Assembly (NCBI GenBank): GCA_002269645.1
Contig: NIVC01001687.1
Coordinates: forward strand, 1-38,611
DNA from: Macrostomum lignano
Lineage: Eukaryota
Reading direction: 5' to 3'
Length of the DNA: 38,611 nt
Under the pieces are notes generated by a model. The model was given only the letters and a program-made list of their open reading frames with translations, searched no databases and was not told the origin of the DNA. The position numbers and the translations under genes were made by a program. Below, piece by piece: positions 20,324-33,655 of this stretch (position 1 is its first letter; each line of letters begins with the position of its first letter).

Positions 20324-20979
20324 AGTCCAATCTCAATGAAATCCAATCTCACTGAAGTCCAATCTCACTAGAGTCTAATCTCTCTGGAGTCCGATCTCAC
20401 TGGAGTCCAATCTTACTGGAGTCCAATCTCACTGGAGTCTAATCTCACTGGAGTCCAATCTCACTGGAGTCCAATCTCACTAGAGTCCAATCTCACTGAA
20501 ATCCAATCTCACTGGAGTCCAATCTCACTAGAGTCTAATCTCTCTGGAGTCTAATCTCTCTGGAGTCTAATCTCACTGGAGTCTAATCTCACTGGAGTCT
20601 AATCTCTCTGGAGTCCGATCTCACTGGAGTCCAATCTCACTGGAGTCCAATCTCACTGGAGTCTAATCTCACTGGAATCTAATCTTACTAAAATTCAATC
20701 TCACTAAAATCCAATCTCACTAAAAGTCCAATCTCACTAAAATCCAATCTCACTGGAGTCCAATCCCACTAAAATCCAATCTCACTAAAATCCAATCTAA
20801 CTAAAATCCAATCTCACTAAAATCCAATCTCACTGGAGTCCAATCCCACTAAAATCCAATCTCACTAAAATTCAATCTCACTGGAGTCCAATCCCACTAA
20901 AATCCAATCTCACTAAAATCCAATGTCACTGGAGTCCAATCTCACTAAAGTCCAATCTCACTAAAATCCAATCTCACTG
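20324..20979. repeat. 16-bp minisatellite, about 40 copies
   Basis: Unit tggagtccaatctcac (tggag at 20401, 20417, 20433, 20449); the taaaatccaatctcac variant dominates the 3' third. Confidence 0.95.
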
Positions 20980-21627
20980 TAAGCTTCACGCAGCAGCCAA
21001 CCTGTTTCTACAGCAGCAACACAGCTTGGCCCAGCAACCAGTCATCTGGAGACATCCTTGAGCATCTTTCCAGTCCCGAAAAGCATCTTCATCAGCTCTG
21101 AGAGGATGCCAACTTCTTGACTTTCAAACATTCTCCCAATTGGATAACGAACTGAACACCCAAGCTGATGGGAGACGCAAACGAGATTATCCCCAACAAC
21201 CAAGCGGCTTGATAAACAGGCGCATTCATTTTGTGACGTCCAGGGCCTATAAATACCCCAACAACAGTTTGCAGCCTCCGAACTACTAATATTGGGACTT
21301 AATCAGACGAAATAGTTACGCATCATCTGCGTAATGCATTCGAAAGTTCGAATATCAATGGCTATGATGAAGTTCCCAGATTTCCTGGGAGTCAGATCTT
21401 TAACAAGCGAGGACGCGGATCTGTCTGTTCGGCAACCAGTTTGCGCAGCTGCAGTTCAGAATTTCAGATCGGATTTTTGACGGACCACCTGCGGAGAGAA
21501 GCCGCTGAATCGGCACAGCGGGGGGCGGGGGAGGCTGGCAGGGCGCGGGACCGCAGACACCAAAAATTCATTCGGCACCCGAGTCCATGGCTGACTTGGG
21601 ACTGCTTTGAAATCCTCCGAAACTGCA

Positions 21628-23725
21628 ATTCGGAAACACAAGCGCCCGTGTGTTTATTGTTTGATTCCAAGCACAAGCATCCGTGTGTTTATTGTTTGAT
21701 TCCAAACACAAGCACCCGTGTGTTTATTGTTTGATTCCAAACACAAGCACCCGTGTGTTTATTGTTTGATTCCAAGCACAAGCACCCGTGTGTTTATTGT
21801 TTGATTCCAAGCACAAGCACCCGTGTGTTTATTGTTTGATTCCAAGCACAAGCACCCGTGTGTTTATTGTTTGATTCCAAACACAAGCACCCATGTGTTT
21901 ATTATTTGATTCCGAGCACTAGCACCCGTGTGTTTATTTTTTGATTCCAAGCACAAGCACCCGTGTGTTTATTGTTTGATTCCAAACACAAGCACCCGTG
22001 TGTTTATTGGTTGATTCCAAGAACAAGCACCCGTGTGTTTATTGTTTGATTCCAAACACAAGCACCCGTGTGTTTATTGTTTGATTCCAAACACAAGCAC
22101 CCGTGTGTTTATTGTTTGATTCCAAACACAAGCACCCGTGTGTTTATTGTTTGATTCCAAACACAAGCACCCGTGTGTTTATTGTTTGATTCCAAACACA
22201 AGCACCCGTGTGTTTATTGTTTGATTCCAAGCACAAGCACCCGTGTGTTTATTGTTTGATTCCAAGCACAAGCACCCGTGTGTTTATTGTTTGATTCCAA
22301 ACACAAGCACCCGTGTGTTTATTTTGATTCCAAGCACAAACACCCGTGTGTTTATTGTTTGATTCCAAGCACAAGCACCCGTGTGTTTATTGTTTGATTC
22401 CAAACACAAGCACCCGTGTGTTTATTGTTTGATTCCAACACAAGCACCCGTGTGTTTATTGTTTGATTCCAAGCACAAGCACCCGTGTGTTTATTGTTTG
22501 ATTCCAAACACAAGCACCCGTGTGTTTATGTTTGATTCCAAACACAAGCACCCGTGTGTTTATTGTTTGATTCCAAACACAAGCACCCGTGTGTTTATTG
22601 TTTGATTCAAACACAAGCACCCGTGTGTTTATGTTTGATTCCAAAGCACAAGCACCCGTGTGTTTATTGTTTGATTCCAAGCACAAGCACCCGTGTGTTT
22701 ATTGTTTGATTCCAAAGCACAAGCACCCGTGTGTTTATTGTTGATTCCAAGCACTACACCCGTGTGTTTATGTTTGATTCCAAGCACAAGCACCCGTGTG
22801 TTTATTGTTTGATTCCAAACACAAGCAGGTGTGTTTATGTTTGATTCCTGAGCACAAGCGAGGTGTGTTTATGTCTGATTCCGAGCACTAGCACCCGTGT
22901 GTTTATGCCCGATTCCGAGCACTAGCACCCGTGTGTTTATGCCCGATTCTGAGCACTAGCACCCGTGTGTTTATGCCCGATTCCGAGCACTAGCACCCGT
23001 GTGTTTATGCCCGATTCCGAGCACTAGCACCCGTGTGTTTATGCCCGATTCCGAGCACTAGCACCCGTGTGTTTATGCCCGATTCCGAGCACTAGCACCC
23101 GTGTGTTTATGCCTGATTCCGAGCACTAGCACCCGTGTGTTTATTGTTTGATTCCAAACACAAGCGAGGTGTGTTTATGCCCGATTCTGAGCACAAGCGA
23201 GGTGTGTTTATGCCCGATTCTGGGCACTAGCACCCGTGTGTTTATGCCCGATTCCGGCACTAGCACCCGTGTGTTTATGCCCGATTCCGAGCACTAGCAC
23301 CCGTGTGTTTATGCCCGATTCCGAGCACTAGCACCCGTGTGTTTATGCCCGATTCCGAGCACTAGCACCCGTGTGTTTATGCCTGATTCCGAGCACAAGC
23401 GAGGTGTGTTTATTGTTTGATTCCAAACACAAGCGAGGTGTGTTTATGCCTGATTCCGAGCACTAGCACCCGTGTGTTTATGCCTGATTCCGAGCACAAG
23501 TGAGGTGTGTTTATTGTTTGATTCCAAACACAAGCGAGGTGTGTTTATGCCCGATTCTGAGCACAAGCGAGGTGTGTTTATGCCCGATTCTGGGCACTAG
23601 CACCCGTGTGTTTATGCCCGATTCCGGGCACAAGCACCCGTGTGTTTATGCCCGATTCCGAGCACAAGCACCCGTGTGTTTATGCCCGATTCCGAGCACA
23701 AGCACCCGTGTGTTTATGCCTGATT
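21628..23725. repeat. 35/34-bp minisatellite, about 60 copies, two subtypes
   Basis: 5' subtype caagcacccgtgtgtttattgtttgattccaaaca (35 bp); 3' subtype ctagcacccgtgtgtttatgcccgattccgagca (34 bp); transition near 22830-22880. Confidence 0.96.
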
Positions 23726-24380
23726 GTGCCTAGCGATAATGAATTTCCGAATGCATGACACAGTGCAGACTCATGGTTCCAAAATCGCAAAATTCTATCT
23801 GAAAAGCTTCAATCGAATTCCATCACTCACCCGCGCGGCGCTTTGGAAGCTCCGAGAGGAAAAATCCTCAATTTGCTGCTGCGATGCTTGACGGGCTCAG
23901 ATTGCAGAATTAGGGAGAGTATACAGTTGCGCAGTCGCCTGATGAAGCTGATTCCTACGAACCAAAAGCGATATAATTGGAGATGCTGGATCTTTCGCGA
24001 TCTCTCTCTCACGCTCTCTAGCGCTCAAGAGTCGAGCCGCGGCCTAATCTGAAACGAATAATTTTTCTCTATTAGAATGGGAGCTTTGCCGGACCCTACC
24101 AAGAGCTGTCCCTATAGCTCCAGTGGGCTGAAGCCGCTGGTCTGACATTGGTTGGGAGAGTCAGAGCCAATCGGCTGTCGCATGGCTTGTACTGCTGTGT
24201 TGTAGGTAGATACAAGTCAACAGCGGTCACAGATAATAGAAATACTACTAAACATGCAAAAACTACGATCATCTACTCGTTCTAGTAGCAAGTTAGAGTT
24301 TTTTTTAGCTTTTTGCTAGAAAGATAGAAAGATTATTAAATTTTACAAGAAATTTACAGTTTTTGAAGCCACTGAAGGAG

Positions 24381-24665
24381 GGGGTTTTAGCCTAGTGGTT
24401 AGAGCGTCGGACTAACAAAACTAAAAGGTCGGGGGTTCGATTCCCGATGCAACTCCGAACAATCTGTGTCCTTAAGCAAGACACTTAACTCTGCATTGCT
24501 TCAGTTCACCCAGCTGTAAAATGGGTGCCAGCATTAGCTGGGGTAATTGAGGCTGTGTGTGGTGACCCCCCAGTCCTTGGACTGAACAGCCGAACGCAGC
24601 CTTCAGATGCGCTGCGCAATAGCTACGGCTGAGCTGTCGGTTGCACATCTGGCCCCATCTGCCCA
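24381..24665 (+). mobile_element. Uninterrupted tRNA-derived CORE-type SINE
   Basis: A box tagcctagtggttagagcg; B box ggttcgattccc; CORE-like tgtgtccttaagcaagacacttaac...cagctgtaaaatggg. Co-linear with both halves of the split copy at 4930-5118 and 7430-7543. Confidence 0.88.
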
Positions 24666-25189
24666 TATGTCGGAAAAAATGAGAATCACTGCAGACTTGC
24701 TCAGGATCGTGAAGCACACAATAATTTGCAGGGCTTTCTAAATTAACAAATTTAGAAATTCAGCCTCTAAAAAAGCACAAAGTGGTCACAGATCAGCCCG
24801 CATTCGTGCGCCCCGCTATTCAGAATATCAGAGCAGCCCAGGCCAGTAGGGCGGGCGATGCTGCACTCAGCTTGACTGGATCAGCAATCCTCAAATCCAT
24901 GCCAAGCTGCTCGTCAGTCCTGCAAGGCAGCAAAATCGAATGGCTGATCGTTAATTAGACTCGCGCGACAGGAGAAGCCAGTTATTGAGCTTTCCTTTGT
25001 CTTTTACTTCCTTAAAACTGGGAAATGAGTTTTGAAAAACAGAGAGAGGCCCTAATTAAACTAAACTCTTGTTTTCTGCCGTGAGAAAAACAAGCTGAGC
25101 ATAAGGGCTGCTCCGGCCCTTGAATAAAGAAAGTACAAAGAAAAATGTGGAGTAAAAATACGGCTTAAAATGCTTGCTCAGCTTAAAAT

Positions 25190-25475
<286 letters not shown>

Positions 25476-25492
25476 TATTGTATCATTCCCAG

Positions 25493-25890
25493 CAGTGGCG
25501 TAAATAGGGGGTTTTAGCGGCTTGCGAAAACGAAGTAAGTTGCAAGCGAGAAAAGTGAAAGTTTATTTGCTTTACGCGGTAAGTATAAATAAGCACGCGA
25601 TCACATGGGGAGGTGCGCCAAAAAGGTGGCACGATTGAAGGCCAACCCCCCCGACTTAGCATACTGACTGTCTGTCCGAGTACACCCACCCCCCAGCCTG
25701 GCGGGCAGGGGGTTTCAGTGCAGATGTACTCGCAATCGCTGGCTGCGTGCTGATTGGGCCGCCACAGGGTATACGGGGACCTAGCTCGTATTTTGGGTAA
25801 ATCTATTTTGGCAATTGATTTTTAACAAAAAATCAGTTTTTTACACTTTTTCTCGACATTTTAAGCTTTCGAATCCTGCGTACGCCACTG
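25493..25890. mobile_element. MITE with CAGTGGCGTA terminal inverted repeats (398 bp)
   Basis: cagtggcgta (25493-25502) and tacgccactg (25881-25890); no ORF; no clear TSD; superfamily not assigned. Confidence 0.65.
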
Positions 25891-26061
25891 TTATCCGGTA
25901 TTTTCTTCTGAATTGAAAGTACATCCTATTGATGTGTTCATCTTAGCCAGAGCGGAACATTTTTAAGCAGTAACGATGCACTGCAGCTCAATAAATTCTC
26001 TTCGCTTCAATTTCGATTGTCGAGACTTGCTCTGCTTTTTTCGGCGCCAAAATAAATACTC

Positions 26062-27282
<1,221 letters not shown>

Positions 27283-27506
27283 GGGACCTACATTCATTCC
27301 GAGACACACTTTTTTATTCTAATTGATCAGTCATACTCGTGAATAATTGGCATTATGTAAGTGCATCAGCTCTCCTTCCTCTTTCTCGGACAGTCGGTAC
27401 TCTTTCCAATTTAAGCCGAGAGATTTATTTCTCTTTGAAACAATCAAGTAAGCGACCACGTCGAACGTAGTTGACTTAGTTGTCGAATTTGTTCCCAGAG
27501 GTTTTC

Positions 27507-27671
27507 GATGAAGTTCGGTGGGATTTTTTGATGAAGTTTCTGGTGGTTATTAATGAAGTTTCTGGTGGTTATTGATGAAGTTCCTGGTGGTTATTAATGA
27601 AGTTTCTGGTGGTTATTGATGAAGTTCCTGGTGGTTATTGATGAAGTTCCTGGTGGTTATTGTTGAAGTTT
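27507..27671. repeat. 22-bp minisatellite, about 6-7 copies
   Basis: Unit gatgaagtt(t/c)ctggtggttatt. Confidence 0.9.
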
Positions 27672-27757
27672 CTTCTTCCATTGTTGAGCATTGACCAAAT
27701 GGTCAATCCGTTTTAATCTTCTAGAAAAGGAAAAACAGAGAGATGGAGGGGGAGGGG

Positions 27758-27981
27758 TCTCCACCCTCTCCGTCTCTGCCCTCTCCGTCTCTGCCCTCTC
27801 CGTCTCTGCCCTCTCCGTCTCCACCCTCTCCGTCTCTGCCCTCTCCGTCTCTGCCCTCTCCGTCTCTGCCCTCTCCGTCTCTGCCCTCTCCGTCTCTGCC
27901 CTCTCCGTCTCTGCCCTCTCCGTCTCTGCCCTCTCCGTCTCTGCCCTCTCCGTCTCTGCCCTCTCCGTCTCTGCCCTCTCG
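27758..27981. repeat. 15-bp minisatellite, about 15 copies
   Basis: Unit ctctccgtctctgcc. Confidence 0.95.
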
Positions 27982-29018
27982 CTGCCCTCTCGCTCTACAC
28001 TCTGTTCCTCTCTGCCCTGCTACTTCCATTTCCGTAGTCAAGTCTCAATCCACTTTCTCACCCTTCAGTCGCGGCCAATCTATTTTCCACTTCCCTCTTT
28101 CTTTGGCCAGCACCTGTCCCAGCCTTCGCCAGCTCGTTAAAATCGCATTGAGTCAGTCTTGTTCTTGATTATCCTTTCGTGCTGTCGCCCACGCCGCCTG
28201 TCAATCAGCGGGGGTGCAGGATTTCGCTGTAAACACCACGACAAGCCTATTGAACCGGAAGAAAATAATAATACCAGATTCGAATTTCGCCTTTGCCTAC
28301 TCGTGCTGTCGGTATCGGGTGGCAGGGATTGGGGGTCCTGGCAGAGTAAAACAAATCCTACTTTGCTGGGATATCATTTTAACTAGAGACATTTTTAGCC
28401 GGATCAAAGTTCGAAAACATCATTCGTTCAAAAAAATATTCTACGTGTTTTTTGATCGAATACTTCAAAGTGCCTGACTACAACGGATCTGGCGTCCGGG
28501 ATGATTTGCTAGCTTTGATCAGCAGTAACGTGACTTCAATGCCAACTTCCAAAACCAAGTCGCAGCTGTGGATTTTCAGATCTGAAAGCTGAAACAGAAG
28601 TTCCCGCTGACGGCCTAGCTTTGGTTGTCCTTTAATAGCGACTGATAATGGAAGCTAAGGACACACATAAACTAAAATAAGCTCTATTGACTCTTCACAT
28701 ACCGTTATCTCCACTTCAAATAGCAAACGGATTTTTCGCAGGGGAGAAAAACAGGACTCTGAAGGTGAACAGCGCCCACTCGACTGAGATACTCGCTGCA
28801 GAATGTGACGCGATCTCGAGGCAGAGAAATTCCCCAGCCAATCAGAGAATTGGAAAGAAATCCCAAACCTGAGAGGAAGAGAGAAAAGGAGCAGAAATTT
28901 CTGGCAGTTTTTTTCAAAGCACCACTCGGCTCTCTAGGGACTGCCTTTCGAGCAGACCCGATCTACTTCTTCTTTCTTAGAACTCGCTTCAACCAGAACT
29001 GCTTTCGAACTCTCAACC

Positions 29019-31043
29019 ATGCAGTCACCTGTCAACGGAAGCGACTCCACGTCGAATTCGACAAGTCTTCCCGGGTACAGCAGGCTGTACATCGCAGTGC
29101 GGGCCGTCACCATTCCCGCAGCAGCCACCGGCCTGATGCTCAGCTGCCTGTCGCTGACGCTGCTGGTCCGCAAGTACCTGCGCAGCCGGGAGGTGTTCGA
29201 CGTCGGCCTCATCCTGATGCAGCTGGCCCACGTCAACTACTGCCTGGCCACCTGCGGCTACATGCCGTTCGACCTGGCGCTGCTCATGTCGGAGCACACT
29301 TTAGAGGCGTCACTGGCGAATACATTGTTCGATGTGAGCTGGCTCGATGGCTTTATCAACTACTCGTAATTGCATAATCTCATTGTGCTTTTTTATTTCA
29401 GCACCTAGAGAAGCAGCATCGCATAGTATAGGATGCCAAAAAGAGCTGAAAAGTTTAAGCAGATTTTGGAGCTCCCTCCAAGCAGATCAGAACAACATTT
29501 ACGCTTGCAGATCTTAAGAAGACTTTGGCGCCTACAATGTGTTAATTTCAGCCATAGAAGTATCTCAGCTAATTTCCAAAGAGAAGCATCTTTGTTTTAC
29601 TGTCTCATCTAGTTGAAGTAAATTGAGATTAGGAATCGTTGCCTCAATACGGATTTTCCTTGGATGCCTAGCAAATCAGCGATTGACCTGAGAGGGTTCA
29701 TGGTTACCTCCCTCATGTCCCTGCGGTTGAGTCCAAGCAGGGTCAACGCGGGACTTCGCTTTCGTACAGGTGTGCAGCTATCATCCGATTAACAACTGCG
29801 TGACAACTTGAAGCTTTACGCAAGAAACTGTCTAATTAAACTTGGAAAGAGGATTAGGCAAATGTGATTGATATAGTTCAGAGTTTCTTCTGGATCTGAC
29901 GGGCAGAAGATTTTCCCAAAGGAACATGAGCGGCAGCCATAGTCATGAATAGGTCACGAGTCACGGCAGCCGGGTCACTTATGTATTAATAATCTCGGAG
30001 TTCCCTGCGTTAGGCCGTCAAAAAAGGCTGCGAACTTGACTATTGGCTATGACTGTCACGGCGTTGTTGCGAGAAAACCCTATGTTGTATGCAAAATTTC
30101 TAAGAAAGTAATTAACACTTTCAACCCTTTTATGTTGAAGACAAATACTCAGCAAGTCTTTGATTGTTTTAGAGCTTCTGCCGCACCTCAAACTGTTCTC
30201 TCTCAGGTGAGCTACTGCTGGGTGTCGTTCAGCGTGGCCGTGAAGAACATGTGGACGGCCTGCATCAGCGTGTTCCGCTGTCTGGCCACCTTCAAGCCCA
30301 TCGGCTTCCGCCGCTGGCTGACGCGCCGCTTCCAGCTGTGCGGCTTCGGCGTCCTGCTGCTGGTCGCGGCCGCCGCCGGGCCCGGCACCTTCGCCGCGTG
30401 GCGTCTGGCAGCCGGCGGCAGCGAGCGGTTCCTGGTGGACGTGATGCTGCCGCTGACGAGGACGCCTCAGACTTACCTGCCCGTGCCGCTGATCCTGCTG
30501 GCCTCCGGCGTCACCGCCGCTCAGTTGGCTGTTGCCAGGAGCAACCAGCCTGGTGAGACAGCCGACACCGCCGCAAACGCCAATGGAACTGCGAACTCGG
30601 AGGCTCGCAGTTGGAGCACGGCCACCCGCATCGTGCTGGTGCTGGCGATCTCATTCTCCATCTTTGAGCTGCCTGGCGCCATCTTCATCACATTTGAGAT
30701 TTACCAGCTGCTTCCAGACTGGATGGTGCCGGTGACCGACCTGCTGGTGACCATCGACAGCGCCTGCAGCTTTTTCGTGTTCTACGCGTTCAGCGCCAAC
30801 TTCCGTCGCTTGGTTAGGCAGCTGGTGAAGGAGCCCACAGCTGCCGGTGCGGACCGCCCGGTTCCCGCCGATACCCGAGCCGCCGCTCAGCGTCGAAACC
30901 GACTTCGCACCACTAGCAGCCGAACAGGCAGCAGCAGCAGCGTCGACGGAGGCGGCAGCAGTCGTCAGAAGCTGCTCGGTCCGCGCGTCCCGACAATGTC
31001 GGTGCAGTCACAGCAGCCCATTGCGCTGCGCGATTTGCAGTAG
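29019..31043 (+). CDS. Rhodopsin-class (class A) orphan GPCR, peptide-receptor/Srw-like; exons 29019-29333 and 30207-31043, 383 aa
   Basis: Seven hydrophobic segments. TM3 ends SVFRCLATFKP (DRY equivalent); TM6 RIVLVLAISFSIFELP; TM7 TDLLVTIDSACSFFVFYAFSANFR. N-terminal NxS/T sequons; phase-0 GT-AG intron. Confidence 0.87.
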
Positions 31044-32030
31044 TGTGCTTGGAATTATTTATGAAGCTTAATTTAATCCTTTGAGTAGTCCAGGGAATAC
31101 AGCTAAAATTCGATTACTATTTCACTGTTATCCCTTTGTGCTGATGGACTGTCATTATCCAAAGAATTTGACAAATAAATAAAGAAAAATATACTTTTGT
31201 TTCCCCGCGTTGCATTCTGAAACATCCCGTGTGCTTATCTTGTGATTTTCTGTGTTTCATTCTGAAAAAATCTGACTTGCCTGAAGGAAAACCTCGCTCA
31301 CAGGTCGTAGTAAGTTTACGATCGAGAAGCCTCATGTTCCCAATTCATTTTTGAGAATTTATGCAGCCTTGCTTATTGCGGCTTCCATGAAATCAGATTT
31401 TATGTACATGTGGATTGTAGGTTGATTTTCAAGTCTTTTCAGTCGATTCAGCAGTGATGAATGGAGTGGCAGCTCGGAGACGGCGGGTGGCACTGATTGG
31501 CTTGTGACCAAGTGTTCCGATAGTTGACTGGGCTCGTGCAGTTTTATTGCACTCTTACTATTCAGTAGCTGGTAAGCCAAAAAAAAACAACGAAGCGTGC
31601 CACCAGCCGGCTCCAAGCCGGTTAATAAATAGTATGCAAAGAAAATGGGATGCGGGTCAAACCGGCCCGAGCGAACACACAAAAAAGAACCCCGCGAGCA
31701 CCCCACCCCAGCCCAGCCAATCAAAATACACGCTGGGTAAGGCTCCACGAGGGGGGTAGAAAAAGAGGGGGGCTGCCGGCCCAGCCAGCCAATCCGCGCA
31801 CGCGCAGGCTGCCCAAAACCAGAACCGGTCTAAACCAGCTCAAACCAGCTCGCCAGATCAGAACCAACTAAGGCGGCAGACTGGGCGGTTGGCATGCACC
31901 AAAAAAGTGCGAGGAGGTCATTGTGGCGCAGGCCACAACATAGCTAGCAAGTTTAGTGCCAATATATATAAGGCCTTAACAACCAAATTAAGTCATTAAA
32001 AAATTAACCAGATGTTGAACAATGTATGAC

Positions 32031-33150
32031 TATCAAGAGGTCACGATTCACACACAACTTACCGCGTAAGGCAGTTGCCTTACCGCGTCTCGGCCTACGA
32101 TGAGCCAGTAAGTGGCATAGAAAAAAATGCGAGCGAAGCGAGAATTTTTTTCTATGGTGCTTACTTTTGCGAAATCGTCGGCCTCGACGCTATGGCAGTT
32201 GTGTGTGAATCGTGAACTTTCGATAATGGAATTGTGTCTAGTTTCGTCCAAAAACCAATTCAAAACGGCTAGGACACAACTTCCCAGACGGGAATTGTTC
32301 ACTGAGCGATTCTAGGGATTTGTGTCATAGGCATTTTCCACTTGGCGCAAGCCAAATGATGGCCATAGACTAAACGTCTGGAACGAAAAGTTAAGCGGAA
32401 CAGTCTGAAATTACCATAGACGAAACATGTTAAATGAAGTTGTGGTCTTATAAGCTGGAACTCTGCAGCAGAGGATACATGTTCCTGTTTCTTCTGTTTG
32501 CCCTAACCTCTATTCATGCCACTCATACGAATGATAAATTGGTCGAATTTGCCGATTGAAAGCATTGACGGCTTGAATGGAAATGAGGTCAACTTTCTCA
32601 GCGACTTGAGTATGGGTGGACGTGACGAGGCGGATGACGAAGAGTTGATGGAGTTCATCCGATTCATTGAATGCGGTAACGATGATGCTCTGCCACCACT
32701 GCCAAGCGAATAAGAGGCTTGCCCCGAGGATCCTATGCGGAACAAACCATGCAATTCGGCCGATGTGAGTGTAATTATTGTCGATTCTAGCTCTACTCAT
32801 CGATTATTGCGGAACAATTGGTCCACTTTCATTATGCCCACGTTACGGCCGTTTTCGTACATGTATACAATCTGTTTATTCAGCTTTGTTGTATTGAATA
32901 AAAAATATCCTCGCAAACGCATTGATACAGGAATATACAGATTGCTTATCTGCAAATGGGTATATCCAAATATAACCCGTTGGGAATATCCAAAGATGGG
33001 GGGCGGCTTGACCATAGACTATTCGCAGATAAGCAATCTGTTGTATTCCTGTTTCGATGCCTGAAAGGCGCGCAAAAATTTACTTAGTTCACAATTTCCG
33101 TCGACGCAATCATTTGTGGCTCAAACGAAACTAGACACAATTGCTATAGA
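32031..33150 (+). mobile_element. Non-autonomous Crypton-like derivative (about 1.1 kb); exact ends uncertain
   Basis: Left hairpin with 18-bp perfect outer arms (32041-32058 vs 32198-32215) and 13-bp inner arms, centred on gcgagcgaagcgag. An 18-bp perfect inverted repeat (32230-32247 vs 33125-33142), ggccatagac at 32361, and a short ORF homologous to the recombinase N-terminus. Confidence 0.78.
32516..32713 (+). pseudogene. Truncated 65-aa ORF homologous to the N-terminus of the Crypton-like recombinase
   Basis: MINWSNLPIESIDGLNGNEVNFLSDLS...DDEELMEFIRFI...LPPLPSE aligns by eye with MALINWKHLPCESLDGVSDSELSFITALS...DDTDLQNFIGFL...LPELPES (5474 onward). Confidence 0.75.
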
Positions 33151-33265
33151 TAATTAATTCGTGTACACGCCTTTCTGTGACGAGACATACCTCTGGTCTA
33201 GAGATGTATCGCAGTATGTATTACAGAAACTATAAAAAACAGTATTTAAAAGCACATCTCAGAAC

Positions 33266-33655
33266 AGTTCCAGAGACACATCACAGCAGAGTTCCGGAGA
33301 CACATCACAGTAGAGTTCCGGAGACACATCACAGCAGAGTTCCGGAGACACATCACAGTAGAGTTCCGGAGACACAGCACAGTAGAGTTCCGGAGACACA
33401 TCACAGTAGAGTTCCGGAGACACAGCACAGTAGAGTTCCGGAGACACAGCACAGTAGAGTTCCGGAGACACATCACAGTAGAGTTCCGGAGACACATCAC
33501 AGTAGAGTTCCGGAGACACAGCACAGTAGAGTTCCGGAGACACAGCACAGTAGAGTTCCGGAGACACAGCACAGTAGAGTTCCGGAGACACAGCACAGTA
33601 GAGTTCCGGAGACACAGCACAGTAGAGTTCCGGAGACACATCACAGCAGAGTTCC
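33266..33655. repeat. 24-bp minisatellite, about 16 copies
   Basis: Unit agagttccggagacaca(g/t)cacagt. Explains the SRVPET(H/Q)H ORF. Confidence 0.95.

Noticed and set aside
21000-21300. Possible solo LTR (ctataaata TATA-like motif at about 21247; a similar one at about 36044)
   Set aside because: No TG...CA boundaries, TSD, PBS/PPT or second copy could be identified.
16667-23725. 34-bp and 35-bp repeats as possible CRISPR arrays
   Set aside because: Units are head-to-tail with no unique spacers, there are no cas genes, and the context is eukaryotic.
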